This document shows positions 9,669-19,473 of a stretch of 64,000 nucleotides of DNA, one piece after another. The notes under the pieces are model-generated. The model was not told the DNA's origin and searched no databases. It saw nothing but the letters and a program-made list of their open reading frames with translations. The DNA comes from Accumulibacter sp. (GTDB lineage: Bacteria; Pseudomonadota; Gammaproteobacteria; Burkholderiales; Rhodocyclaceae), in NCBI RefSeq assembly GCF_023806635.1, contig NZ_JAMTDQ010000089.1, positions 395 through 64,394 of the forward strand, read 5' to 3'. Made by a program: the position numbers and the translations under genes. Position 1 is the first letter of the stretch. Every line of letters starts with the position of its first letter.

Positions 9669-11168
9669 TCAATCCTTCGCAAAGCGACGGTACTGCACTG
9701 CTTCGGCGACGTGCTGGGGCTCGATCGTGTGCTGCCCCGCCAGATCGGCGATCGTCCGCGCCACCTTGAGCAGGCGGTGGAATGCCCGTGCCGAGAGCTC
9801 GAAGCGAGTGATTGCCTGCTTCAGCAGAGCTGCCGCTGCCGCTTGCGGCTGGCAGTACTGGTCGATCTCGCGCTCCCTGAGACGGGCATTCGGTTTCCCT
9901 TGGCGCTCGAGCTGTCGCCTGCGGGCTGTCGTTACCCGCGAACGCACGGCAGCCGAAGCTTCACCGTCGCGCGCTTGCTGCAGGACTTCGGCCGGCAGGG
10001 GAGGAACCTCGATCTGCAGGTCGATGCGGTCGAGCAGCGGACCGGAGAGCTTGCTGCGGTAACGCAGGATCTGGTCCGGCGTGCAGCGGCAGCGGCCGCG
10101 CGCATCGCCGTGGTAACCGCAGGGGCATGGATTCATTGCCGCGACCAGCTGGAACTGCGCCGGGAACTCGGCCTGCCGGGCGGCGCGCGAGATGTGGATG
10201 CGCCCGGAATCGAGCGGTTCGCGCAGTGCCTCGAGAACCCGCCGGTCGAACTCCGGCAGCTCGTCGAGAAAGAGGACCCCCTGGTGCGCCAGCGAGATTT
10301 CGCCCGGGCGCGGCACGCTGCCACCGCCGACCAGCGCTGCCGACGAAGCCGTGTGGTGCGGCGCGCGGTAGGGATGGTGGCGAAAGATCTGCGGCCGGAA
10401 GAGACCGGCGAGCGACAGAACGGCAGCCGACTCGAGCGCCGCCGGCATTGTCATCGGCGGCAGCAGGCCGGGGAGACGGCTGGCGAGCATCGATTTCCCG
10501 GTTCCCGGCGGGCCGGCGAAGAGGATCGAATGTCCGCCGGCGGCGGCGATTTCCAGGCCGCGCTTGGCTTGCGTCTGGCCGCGGACGTCGGCGAGGTCCG
10601 GGTAGCCGTCGTCGCCGTCGCTGCTGTCGGAAGTCGCCACGCAGGCCGACAGGGCCGCCCGTCCGGTCAGGTGGGCGCAGACCTCGAGCAGGCTGGCCGC
10701 CGCCAGGATCGGTATCCTGCCCGCCAGCGCGGCCTCACGCGCGCTGCTCGCCGGCAGCACGAAGCTGCGGCCGTTGTCGCCCATCGCCAGGACCATCGCC
10801 AGAGCGCCGCGCACCGGTCGCAGTTCGCCGGAAAGGGAGAGCTCGCCGGCGAACTCGTGCTGCGCCAGCAGCCGCGACGGGAGCTGGCCGGAGGCGGCGA
10901 GGATGCCGAGCGCGATCGGCAGGTCGAAGCGGCCGGATTCCTTCGGCAGGTCGGCCGGCGCGAGGTTGACGGTGATGCGTTTGCGCGGAAATTCGAAACC
11001 CGAGTTCTGCAGCGCCGCACGCACCCGGTCACGCGCTTCCTTGACTTCGGTGTCCGGCAGCCCGACGAGCGTCAGGTTGGGCAGGCCGCTGGCCAGATGC
11101 ACCTCGACCGCAACCTCCGGCGCGGCCAGCCCGTCGAGACCGCGGCTGTGGACGATGGCGAGAGACAC
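9669..11168 (-). CDS. comM: YifB/ComM family Mg-chelatase-like ATPase
   Basis: GTG at 11168 gives (M)SLAIVHSRGLDGLAAPEVAVEVHLASGLPNLTLVGLPDTEVKEARDRV. Walker A GPPGTGKSM, LFLDELPEF, and the C-terminal Mg-chelatase subunit ChlI-like region. Confidence 0.85.
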   Translation of the reverse strand: MSLAIVHSRGLDGLAAPEVAVEVHLASGLPNLTLVGLPDTEVKEARDRVRAALQNSGFEFPRKRITVNLAPADLPKESGRFDLPIALGILAASGQLPSRLLAQHEFAGELSLSGELRPVRGALAMVLAMGDNGRSFVLPASSAREAALAGRIPILAAASLLEVCAHLTGRAALSACVATSDSSDGDDGYPDLADVRGQTQAKRGLEIAAAGGHSILFAGPPGTGKSMLASRLPGLLPPMTMPAALESAAVLSLAGLFRPQIFRHHPYRAPHHTASSAALVGGGSVPRPGEISLAHQGVLFLDELPEFDRRVLEALREPLDSGRIHISRAARQAEFPAQFQLVAAMNPCPCGYHGDARGRCRCTPDQILRYRSKLSGPLLDRIDLQIEVPPLPAEVLQQARDGEASAAVRSRVTTARRRQLERQGKPNARLREREIDQYCQPQAAAAALLKQAITRFELSARAFHRLLKVARTIADLAGQHTIEPQHVAEAVQYRRFAKD

Positions 11169-11244
11169 TGGCTGGCGTGGAGCTGGTCCGACGACGGACG
11201 CGCTGCCGCGTCGCACGACGCGCCGGCACGTCGCCGCACTGCTC

Positions 11245-11499
11245 TCAGTCGGGCTGGGTGGGTGGATTCTCCAGGCGCTCGATGCGCGCCTCGAGGGCCT
11301 TCAGCTTCTCGCGCGTGCGTTGCAGCACCTGCGCCTGGATGTCGAACTCCTCGCGAGTGACCAGATCGAGCTTGGCGAAGACGCTGGTGAGGAGCGCGCG
11401 CGCGTTCCGTTCGATGTCGGCTGCCGGGCTGGCGGCGATGAGGCTGCCAAGGCGTTGGCCGATTTCTTCGAGGATCCTGGGGTCGAGCATGGTGATCAC
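11245..11499 (-). CDS. ubiK: Ubiquinone biosynthesis accessory factor UbiK (YqiC/BMFP family)
   Basis: 84 aa; LDLVTREEFDIQAQVLQRTREKLKALEARIERLE coiled-coil signature of the family. Confidence 0.75.
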   Translation of the reverse strand: MITMLDPRILEEIGQRLGSLIAASPAADIERNARALLTSVFAKLDLVTREEFDIQAQVLQRTREKLKALEARIERLENPPTQPD

Positions 11500-11561
11500 C
11501 GTCGGAGCAAGGAGTGGCAGGGTGAGGCGAGTGTAACACGGCGACGCAAAATTCCATGTTA

Positions 11562-11578
11562 TGCACCACGATGGTGCG
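11562..11578 (+). promoter_or_regulatory. NtrC-type enhancer site upstream of glnK-amtB
   Basis: TGCACCACGATGGTGCG matches TGCACC-N5-GGTGCA at 11 of the 12 specified half-site positions. It lies about 95 bp upstream of the sigma54 promoter at 11673. Confidence 0.55.
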
Positions 11579-11672
11579 TCATCGCGATCAACTGTCTCAG
11601 GGCAGTGCAGCCGTTCCGCGCCCTGCCGCTGATGAGGATCTCAAGCCATTGAACCATCGCGAGAAATCTTTC

Positions 11673-11688
11673 TGGCACGGATTCTGCT
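11673..11688 (+). promoter_or_regulatory. sigma54 (-24/-12) promoter of glnK-amtB
   Basis: TGGCACGGATTCTGCT. GG (11674-75) and GC (11686-87) have canonical spacing. It lies about 230 nt upstream of the glnK ATG. Confidence 0.6.
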
Positions 11689-11829
11689 TAGTGATCGACG
11701 GGATGATTTTTCGAGACTCGGGCCATGGCGACCAGTCCGCAGTTCACGCCGCTCGCTGCCGTTTCGCCGGCAAGCGTGGTGGCGCGGAGCCGGATGCCGG
11801 ACAGGCGGACGCGGCGCTAGTCGCCGTGA

Positions 11830-12255
<426 letters not shown>

Positions 12256-12265
12256 GGAGTAGATC

Positions 12266-13744
12266 ATGAAGCACTTATTTGCAGTTCTGGCCCTGCTCGG
12301 AGCGGTCGCTGTCGGTGCGCCGGCGTGGGCTGAAGACAAGCCGGCCGCAGCGCCCGCGGCAACTTCGACGACCGCAGCAACGCCCGAGGCCGCCGTCGCC
12401 AGCGATGCTGGCGCCGCTGCCGCCGCTCCGGCACCGGTTGCCAACAAGGGCGACAACGCCTGGGTGATGACCAGTGCGGCGCTCGTCATCCTGATGTCCA
12501 TCCCCGGCCTGGCGCTGTTCTACGGCGGCCTCGTGCGCAGCAAGAACATGCTGTCGGTGCTGATGCAGGTCTTCGTCACCTTCTCGCTGATCAGCGTACT
12601 CTGGGTCGTCTACGGCTACTCGCTGGCATTCACCGAGGGCGGCGGGTTCTTCGGCGTATTCGACAAGCTGTTCCTGAAGGGCGTTACCGTCGATTCGGTC
12701 GCCGCGACCTTCTCCAAGGGCGTGGTGATCTCCGAACTGGCCTACGTCGTCTTCCAGGGCGCCTTTGCGGCGATCACCTGCGGCCTGATCGTCGGCGCCT
12801 TCGCCGAACGGGCGAAGTTCGCCGCCGTCCTGGTGTTCATGGTGCTCTGGTTCTCGCTTTCCTACGTGCCGATGGCGCACATGGTCTGGTACTGGGCCGG
12901 CCCGGACGCCTATGTCGACGCGGCAGCCGGCGAGGCTGCGACGAAGACCGCCGGCTTCCTCTTCCAGAAGGGTGCGCTCGACTTCGCGGGCGGCACGGTC
13001 GTCCATATCAACGCCGCCATTGCCGGTCTCATCGGCGCCATCGTCATCGGCAAGCGGATCGGCTACGGGCGTGAGTCGATGGCGCCGCACAGCCTGACCT
13101 TCACGATGATCGGCGCCTCGCTGCTCTGGTTCGGCTGGTTCGGCTTCAACGCCGGCTCGGCGCTCGAGGCGAGTGGTGGTGCCGCCCTGGCGATGGTCAA
13201 TACCTGGGTCGCCACCGCCTGCGCGGCAATGTCCTGGATGCTGGCGGAGTGGATGCTGAAGGGCAAGCCGTCGATGCTCGGTGCCGCTTCCGGTGCGGTT
13301 GCCGGTCTGGTCGCGATCACCCCGGCGGCAGGCTTCGTCGGCGTCATGGGCGCCATCTGCATCGGTCTGCTGGCCGGCGTCATCTGCCTCTGGGGCGTCA
13401 ATGGACTGAAGCGCCTGCTCGGCGCCGACGATTCGCTCGACGTCTTCGGTGTCCATGGCGTCGGCGGCATCCTCGGCGCGATCCTGACCGGCGTCTTCGC
13501 CGACCCGTCGCTCGGTGGCACCGGGGTATACGACTATGTGGCCAACAAGGTCGGTGACTACGACATGACGGCCCAGTTGATCAGCCAGTTGTGGGGTGTC
13601 GGCACGGTCATCGTCTGGTCCGGCGTCGTCTCGCTGGTCGCCTTCAAGCTGGTGGATATGGTGATCGGCCTGCGCGTGCCGGAAGAAGAAGAGCGCGAGG
13701 GACTCGACATCACCTCGCACGGCGAATCGGCTTACCACTACTGA
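12266..13744 (+). CDS. amtB: Ammonium transporter AmtB (signal peptide plus Ala/Pro-rich N-terminal linker)
   Basis: 492 aa. Signal MKHLFAVLALLGAVAVGAPAWA. Amt core (DFAGGTVVHINAAIAGL, GVHGVGGILGAILTG). Downstream of glnK. Confidence 0.95.
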   Translation: MKHLFAVLALLGAVAVGAPAWAEDKPAAAPAATSTTAATPEAAVASDAGAAAAAPAPVANKGDNAWVMTSAALVILMSIPGLALFYGGLVRSKNMLSVLMQVFVTFSLISVLWVVYGYSLAFTEGGGFFGVFDKLFLKGVTVDSVAATFSKGVVISELAYVVFQGAFAAITCGLIVGAFAERAKFAAVLVFMVLWFSLSYVPMAHMVWYWAGPDAYVDAAAGEAATKTAGFLFQKGALDFAGGTVVHINAAIAGLIGAIVIGKRIGYGRESMAPHSLTFTMIGASLLWFGWFGFNAGSALEASGGAALAMVNTWVATACAAMSWMLAEWMLKGKPSMLGAASGAVAGLVAITPAAGFVGVMGAICIGLLAGVICLWGVNGLKRLLGADDSLDVFGVHGVGGILGAILTGVFADPSLGGTGVYDYVANKVGDYDMTAQLISQLWGVGTVIVWSGVVSLVAFKLVDMVIGLRVPEEEEREGLDITSHGESAYHY

Positions 13745-13774
13745 ACCGACTGCCTTACCGGTCTCTCCCCCTTC

Positions 13775-13807
13775 GGGGCGCTCGCGTGGCGCCCCGCTTT
13801 TTTTTTT
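13775..13807 (+). terminator. Rho-independent terminator of glnK-amtB
   Basis: GGGGCGC-tcgcgtg-GCGCCCC hairpin followed by GC and a run of 10 T. Confidence 0.85.
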
Positions 13808-13996
13808 CGGACGTGGCGGCATTCGTCTGTGCAGTTGTGCGTGCCGCCAGGAAGTGGGCGGGCAGGGCTGTACGCAAGGGCACTGTGCGAGAGCGCCAAG
13901 TCGTCGAACCGCCCCCTGCGGACCCGCACGGTGGGTGGTGTGGGGGCCGGAGGAGAGTAGCCTCCGGCTACCCGAGCAGCCCTTGCGATCGGTCGT

Positions 13997-16900
13997 TCAG
14001 GCCACGCCCGCATGGACGCCCGCAATCCGCTCCGGGTAGCTCTCGTACACATGCTCGAACAGCGCCGAGCATTTCTGGGCGAACAGGGGACGGTCGTAGG
14101 CTGCCGGCAGCGTGTCCAGCGTGTCCTCGATCGCCAGCTTCAGCGTTGATCGCGCCGCCGACTTCTGCCGCCAGTTCAGCACCAGCAGTGTCTGCAGCCG
14201 TGCCAGCAAGTCCCTGGCCACCTTCTTGACCTCGTCGCGCTCGGCCGTGGTCAGCGCCGGTGCCGGTCGCGTCAGGATGTCGAAGATCACCAGTTCCTCT
14301 TCGCTCAGATGCTCGCGCACATGGCGCTGCTGCTCGTCGTCGAGGCTGTTCGACAGCTTCAGCAGTTCCTCGAAGAGCTGCTCGATGTTGCGGCTGCCGT
14401 TGTTGTAGCTCTCGATCAAGGCCTCGAACTTTTCCGCGAAGTCGGTGCGCGTGCGGTTCAGGCGCACGAGCTTCTCCAGCCTGGCGGCGATCGCCGCTTT
14501 CAGCGCTTCGAGTTCGGTGTTCTTGTGCGTCGATCGCTTGAAGCGCTCGGCCAGTGCCTCGAAGTTGATCCTCGAAAGGTCGATGGCCGGCGGCCCGCCC
14601 TCGCGGATTTCGTGGCCGGTGATCGAGTCGTCGAGCAGCTCGCCGATCTGTTTCAGGATCGTGGCGATGGCCGGCGGGTTGGGGCTGATCCGGGCGCGGA
14701 TGGCGGCCGCCAGCGTGGCGATGCCGGCGACGCGCTGCGAAAACTCGATCGCCGCCGGGGCCGGCTTCACGGCGCCGTAGAGCGTGCCGACCAGCTTCTC
14801 GTGGCCGAAGAAGTCGCGCCGCACGGCATCGGGGCCGATCAGCGCGTTGATGGCGTCCTCCACGGCGGCCAGGCGCTCCATGCCGCCCATTGGCAGCGCC
14901 TCCATCGCGACGAGATTGACGCCCTGCGCGGCGCAGAACGCCGTGGCCGCGGTGATCGCTTCGCGCAGGGCTTGCACCAGTTGCGCCATGTCCTTGACCG
15001 GGTTGGTGCCGCCCTTGCCCGCGCCGTAGATCGCCAGCGCCTTCTCCAGCGAGGCGAAGACGTTGGCGTAGTCCACGATCACGCCGCTGTGCTTGCCGGG
15101 GAAGACGCGGTTGGCTCGCGCGATGGTTTGCATCAGCGTGTGGTTGCGCATCGGCTTGTCGAGATAGACCGTCGAACAGCTCGGCGCATCGAAGCCGGTC
15201 AGCCACATGGCGCAGACGAACACTAGGCGCAGCGGGTCCGTGGTGTCCTTGAACTTCTCGTCCAGCCCCGGCTGCGACTCGTTCATGCGTTTGCGGTGCG
15301 GCTCGATGTCGAGGCCGAGCAGCTTCATCTGCTCGATCTCGTTCTGCCCCGGCGAGACGATCACCGCCATGTCGGTGGTGGTGAGCACTGCCAGGCGTGC
15401 TTTCAGTTCGGCCTTGCGCAAGTCGCGCCGCGCTTGTTCGCGTGTCGCCTCACCGCCACGCGGCGCCAGCGCCAGTTCACCCAGCTCCTGCTGTACCCGC
15501 GCCGTCTCGGCGTCCCAGTGCTTCTTCACCTTGTCGTGCATCCGCAATGCCGTGGCCTTGTCGATCGACACCACCATCGCCTTGCCGACGAAGCCACGTC
15601 CCAGGAAATGCCGCACGATGTCCTGCGCCACCGTCTCCAGCCGGTCGTCGCGGGTGATGAGGTGGTATGGCCGCCCCAGCACCTTGTCCAGCTTCTCCTC
15701 CTGACCGGCGTCGAGCTCGGCGTCTTCGATCAGGCGGTAGATGTCGTCGTTGAGGTTCGGATTGACCAGTTGCAGCTCGGGCGTGCGGTTCTCGTAGAAC
15801 AGCGGCACGGTGGCGCCGTCCTCCACCGACTGCTGGAAGTCGTAGATCGACACATAGTCGCCGAACACCTCGCGCGTGCGCTCCTCGCCCGCGATGAGCG
15901 GCGTGCCCGTGAACGCCAGGAACAGCGCCTTCGGCAGCGCTGCGCGCATGTTGAGCGCCAGCGTGTCGTACTGGCTGCGGTGCGCCTCGTCGGTCAGCAC
16001 GATCACGTCCGGGCGGTCGGTCAGCGCCTCCGCCGTCTGGAACTTGTGCACCAGCGTGAACACATAGCGGTGGTTGCCGCGCAGGAGTTCCCGCAGGTGC
16101 GCGCCGCTGGCGGCGTGGCATTGGTCGCCCTCGGCCTCGCTCACTGCGCCCACGGTCTTGAAGGTCCTGGCGATCTGCTCGTCCAGCTCCACCCGGTCGG
16201 TGACCACCACGAAGGTCCAGTTGCCGGCGAGTTTGCGCAGCACCTTCTGCGCAAAGAACACCATCGAGAAGCTCTTGCCGCTGCCCTGCGTCTGCCAGAA
16301 CACGCCGCCTCGCCCGTGGCCGATCTTGCGGGCCTCCAGCATCGAGGCGATGGCATTGTTCACGCCGAGGAACTGGTGGTTCTGCCCCAGAACCTTCACC
16401 AGCCCCGCCTTGTGCTCCGAGAACAGCGTGAAGTTCTCCACCAGGTCGAGCAGGCGGGCGCGGTCGCAGGTGCCGCGCAGCACCACCTCCAGCGACACGC
16501 GGCGCGGTTCGTCCTCGCGCTCGATGCGCTTCCACTCGAAGAACCGCTCCCAGTCGGCGGTGAGCGAGCCGACGCGGCTGTCGGTGCCGTTGCTGGCGAC
16601 CAGCAGGGCGTTGAACCAGAAGAGTTGCGGGATCTCTTTCTTGTAGTGCGTCAGGTTCTCGTCGAAGGCCGCCCGCGCCGGCACGCCGGGCTTCTTGAGT
16701 TCGATAACCACCCAGGGCAGGCCGTTGACGAAGCCCACCAGGTCGGGCCGGCAGGTGTAGAGGCTGCCCACCACGCTGAACTGGCTGGCCAGCAGGAAGT
16801 CGTTGCGCCCCGGCTGCGCCCAATCCACCACGCGCAGGCGTTCGGTTTTCTGCCCGCCATGCTCGCGGTCGGGGATGGAGACCGGGATGCCGTCCTTGAG

Positions 16901-17191
16901 CAGCCGGTAGACCTCGCGGTTGGCGGCCTCCAGGCTCATGGCCGAGCGGTCGCGAACGAGTTCGTCGATGGCGGTCTGGATCGCCTCGGTCGGCAGGCCC
17001 GGGTTCAGGGTGATGAGCGCCGCGCGCAGGCGCTCCACCAGCACCACCTCGCCCTTGGTCTCGCGGCCCAGCGTGCCGCCGGGGCCGAAGGTCTCCTCCA
17101 TCGCCGACACCGTCTGCCAGCCCAGCGATGCGAACAGCCCGACGGCGGGCTGCTCGACGAGCTGATCTTCGGTGTAGGCGTGGGGGCTCAT
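13997..17191 (-). CDS. hsdR: Type I restriction enzyme R subunit (HsdR, SF2 helicase-nuclease)
   Basis: ATG at 17191 (MSPHAYTEDQLVEQPAVGLF). Walker A QTQGSGKS, DEAH box VLTDEAHRSQY, and helicase C motifs (QTIARANRV). 1064 aa. Confidence 0.95.
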   Translation of the reverse strand: MSPHAYTEDQLVEQPAVGLFASLGWQTVSAMEETFGPGGTLGRETKGEVVLVERLRAALITLNPGLPTEAIQTAIDELVRDRSAMSLEAANREVYRLLKDGIPVSIPDREHGGQKTERLRVVDWAQPGRNDFLLASQFSVVGSLYTCRPDLVGFVNGLPWVVIELKKPGVPARAAFDENLTHYKKEIPQLFWFNALLVASNGTDSRVGSLTADWERFFEWKRIEREDEPRRVSLEVVLRGTCDRARLLDLVENFTLFSEHKAGLVKVLGQNHQFLGVNNAIASMLEARKIGHGRGGVFWQTQGSGKSFSMVFFAQKVLRKLAGNWTFVVVTDRVELDEQIARTFKTVGAVSEAEGDQCHAASGAHLRELLRGNHRYVFTLVHKFQTAEALTDRPDVIVLTDEAHRSQYDTLALNMRAALPKALFLAFTGTPLIAGEERTREVFGDYVSIYDFQQSVEDGATVPLFYENRTPELQLVNPNLNDDIYRLIEDAELDAGQEEKLDKVLGRPYHLITRDDRLETVAQDIVRHFLGRGFVGKAMVVSIDKATALRMHDKVKKHWDAETARVQQELGELALAPRGGEATREQARRDLRKAELKARLAVLTTTDMAVIVSPGQNEIEQMKLLGLDIEPHRKRMNESQPGLDEKFKDTTDPLRLVFVCAMWLTGFDAPSCSTVYLDKPMRNHTLMQTIARANRVFPGKHSGVIVDYANVFASLEKALAIYGAGKGGTNPVKDMAQLVQALREAITAATAFCAAQGVNLVAMEALPMGGMERLAAVEDAINALIGPDAVRRDFFGHEKLVGTLYGAVKPAPAAIEFSQRVAGIATLAAAIRARISPNPPAIATILKQIGELLDDSITGHEIREGGPPAIDLSRINFEALAERFKRSTHKNTELEALKAAIAARLEKLVRLNRTRTDFAEKFEALIESYNNGSRNIEQLFEELLKLSNSLDDEQQRHVREHLSEEELVIFDILTRPAPALTTAERDEVKKVARDLLARLQTLLVLNWRQKSAARSTLKLAIEDTLDTLPAAYDRPLFAQKCSALFEHVYESYPERIAGVHAGVA

Positions 17192-18228
17192 GGTTGTTCG
17201 TCGTCCACGTCGCCGGCCAAGGCGCGCTCGATTTGTTCGATGCTGGGCAGGCTGGTTTGCAGCTCGGCAGGCAGGGATTCGACCAGGCGGTATTCGGCGA
17301 TGCCCATCGGCTGCGTCTTGTCGCCCAGGGCGTATTCGGCCACCACCTTGTTCCTGGTCTTGCACAGCAAGAGCCCGATGGTGGGGTTGTCGTGCGCGCT
17401 CTTCATGTCGCGGTCGATGGCGGTCAGGTAGAAACCGAGTTGGCCCAGGTGCTCCGGCTTGAAGGCTCCGGCCTTGAGTTCGATCACCACGAAACAGCGC
17501 AGCTTCAGGTGATAGAAGAGCAGGTCGATGAAAAACTCGTCGCCGCCGACCGTGAGCAACACCTGCCGCCCGACATAGGCGAAGCCCGCGCCCAGCTCCA
17601 GCAGGAACTCGGTCACGTGCTTGACCAGCGCGTGCTCGATCTCGCGTTCTTGCGCCTCATCGCTCAGGCCGAGGAAGTCGAAACGGTAGGGGTCCTTCAA
17701 GGACTCGCGGGCCAGATCCGATTGCGGCTTGGGCAGCGCGAGCGGGAAGTTGGTGACGGCCTGGCCTTGGCGCGCCAGCAGGCGGGTTTCGATCTGCATC
17801 ACCAGCACATTGCGCGACCAGTTGTGCTCGATGGCCTTGGCCGCATACCAGCGGCGCTCATCCGCGGACTTCAGCTTGTCCAGCAGGGCGAGCTGGTGAT
17901 ACCAGGGCAATTGTGCAAGCACCTCTTGCACAAATTCCCCGTCCGGCCACGCCTCGGCGAAGCCGCGCATGTACTTGAGGTTGCGCGGCGAAAAGCCCTT
18001 CATGTCGGGAAAGGCGTTGCGCAAGTCCTGCGCCAGCCGCTCGATCACCTTCGCGCCCCAGCCCTCGCGGCCCTGCCGTTCGAGGATGTCGCGGCCGATC
18101 TGCCAGTAGAGCAGCACCAGCTCGCGGTTGACTGCCAGCGTCGCCCGCTGCTGGGCGCCGTGGATGCGGGTTTTCAGGTCGGCGAGCCAAGCGGCGTAGT
18201 CGGCGGGCAGCGGGGCGATCTCAGGCAT
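17188..18228 (-). CDS. YhcG-like PD-(D/E)XK nuclease family protein (DUF1016)
   Basis: 346 aa. N-terminal YhcG-type helical region (LVLLYWQIGRDI...GWGAKVIERLAQDL). C-terminal nuclease core (GDEFFIDLLFYHLKLRCFVVIELKAG). Overlaps both hsdS and hsdR. Confidence 0.85.
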   Translation of the reverse strand: MPEIAPLPADYAAWLADLKTRIHGAQQRATLAVNRELVLLYWQIGRDILERQGREGWGAKVIERLAQDLRNAFPDMKGFSPRNLKYMRGFAEAWPDGEFVQEVLAQLPWYHQLALLDKLKSADERRWYAAKAIEHNWSRNVLVMQIETRLLARQGQAVTNFPLALPKPQSDLARESLKDPYRFDFLGLSDEAQEREIEHALVKHVTEFLLELGAGFAYVGRQVLLTVGGDEFFIDLLFYHLKLRCFVVIELKAGAFKPEHLGQLGFYLTAIDRDMKSAHDNPTIGLLLCKTRNKVVAEYALGDKTQPMGIAEYRLVESLPAELQTSLPSIEQIERALAGDVDDEQP

Positions 18229-19471
18229 GGTCCATCGCCTCCACGTCGATCTGGCCGGAGAGCAGGCGCGGAAGGAGCAGGTCGCGGGTGCGGCGGAGGT
18301 TTTGAACTTGCAGATGGAGCTCGTAGATCAGGCGAAAGCTCGGCGCAACGATGCCAGAGAAGCGATCGAGCAACGTACTCGGAGGCTGAGCAACCTGCAA
18401 ATCAGCGAAGCACTGCTCTTGAACGCGCTGACGACCTGTCGCACCGGACATGCTCTTGATTGCGACGCCGCGGAACTCGTCGCTGCGCGCGAGGCAGTAA
18501 ACGAACTCCACCGTTAGGGTGCGCGAACGGAGAACGATGAACTCCGTCGAGCCGAATGCGACGGCGTTCGCGTCGGGCAAGAACTGCACGAAGCCAGTCT
18601 TACCGTTCTCCAAGCAGGGTGTGATGCGAGCCACGAGCGTGTCGCCGTTCTGGAACTTTGCGCCGCTATTGCCTGCACGTACTTCGATGTCTGAAATGAG
18701 CATCGAGTCGTTGGAGAGGCAGCCCATCGGTACGAATGGCTTTTCGCCCTCACGCGGGACGGTGACGCGCGGATTGATGTGGATGCACTCAGGCAACCTT
18801 TTTACTTCCCACCCCTTTGGAGTCTCCCCCAGCGGCGAGGTGACGCGGGGGACGGACTCATGGCCGGGGAAGCGGAAGTGGACGAACCACTCGCGGTAGA
18901 GCGCGCGGGCCATCGACTCCAGAATCTTGATGCGCCGCTGGCTGTTCTCGATCAGATCGTCGTAGGCCGACAGGATGCCCGCGATCCGGCGCTGGATCGG
19001 GAGGGGGGGGAGTGGGACATGCAACTTTGCCAGCTCACTTCCACGAATCCCTGCCGCTGCAACCTGCATGACGAGTGATTGGACGTTTGCCTTACCCTGC
19101 GGTGACAGGAAGTAATAGAAGTAGAAATACGGGTCACACTGGGATCGATCAAGCCGAACGCGGATTAGATGCGATTCAAAGGTCGTGGTCTCACCGACCG
19201 CTTTGATTACGGAACACTTGCCTGCGCCAGCGGCGACGAGAGATTGCCGCGCGAACAGCAAGTCGCCTGCCTGGACGGAAAACTGCTCAATCTCCCTCTG
19301 AGACATCGGCACTCTATCCATCGCGATGCTGCCGATGCGTTCGTGGGCGAAAATCTCGCCCATGTTTATCATTGGGAACCCGTGCCCTCGGATGCGCTTG
19401 GGTCGAGTCAGTCCATTGCGGCTCGGTTCCGAGTAAAGGGTTTCTAGAGGCGCAGCTTGCCAGCCGCTCAT
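18221..19471 (-). CDS. hsdS: Type I restriction enzyme specificity subunit (HsdS), two TRDs
   Basis: ATG at 19471, 2 nt after the hsdM stop. Central and C-terminal conserved helices (LPPLPIQRRIAGILSAYDDLIENSQRRIKILE; LQVQNLRRTRDLLLPRLLSGQIDV). Visibly lower GC in the TRD segments. Confidence 0.9.
   Translation of the reverse strand: MSGWQAAPLETLYSEPSRNGLTRPKRIRGHGFPMINMGEIFAHERIGSIAMDRVPMSQREIEQFSVQAGDLLFARQSLVAAGAGKCSVIKAVGETTTFESHLIRVRLDRSQCDPYFYFYYFLSPQGKANVQSLVMQVAAAGIRGSELAKLHVPLPPLPIQRRIAGILSAYDDLIENSQRRIKILESMARALYREWFVHFRFPGHESVPRVTSPLGETPKGWEVKRLPECIHINPRVTVPREGEKPFVPMGCLSNDSMLISDIEVRAGNSGAKFQNGDTLVARITPCLENGKTGFVQFLPDANAVAFGSTEFIVLRSRTLTVEFVYCLARSDEFRGVAIKSMSGATGRQRVQEQCFADLQVAQPPSTLLDRFSGIVAPSFRLIYELHLQVQNLRRTRDLLLPRLLSGQIDVEAMDHA
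19003..19010 (-). repeat. C8 homopolymer (G8 on + strand) inside hsdS at the TRD1/central-conserved-region junction
   Basis: Coding strand CTC CCC CCC CTC (L-P-P-L of HVPLPPLPIQ). Confidence 0.9.
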
Positions 19472-19473
19472 CC

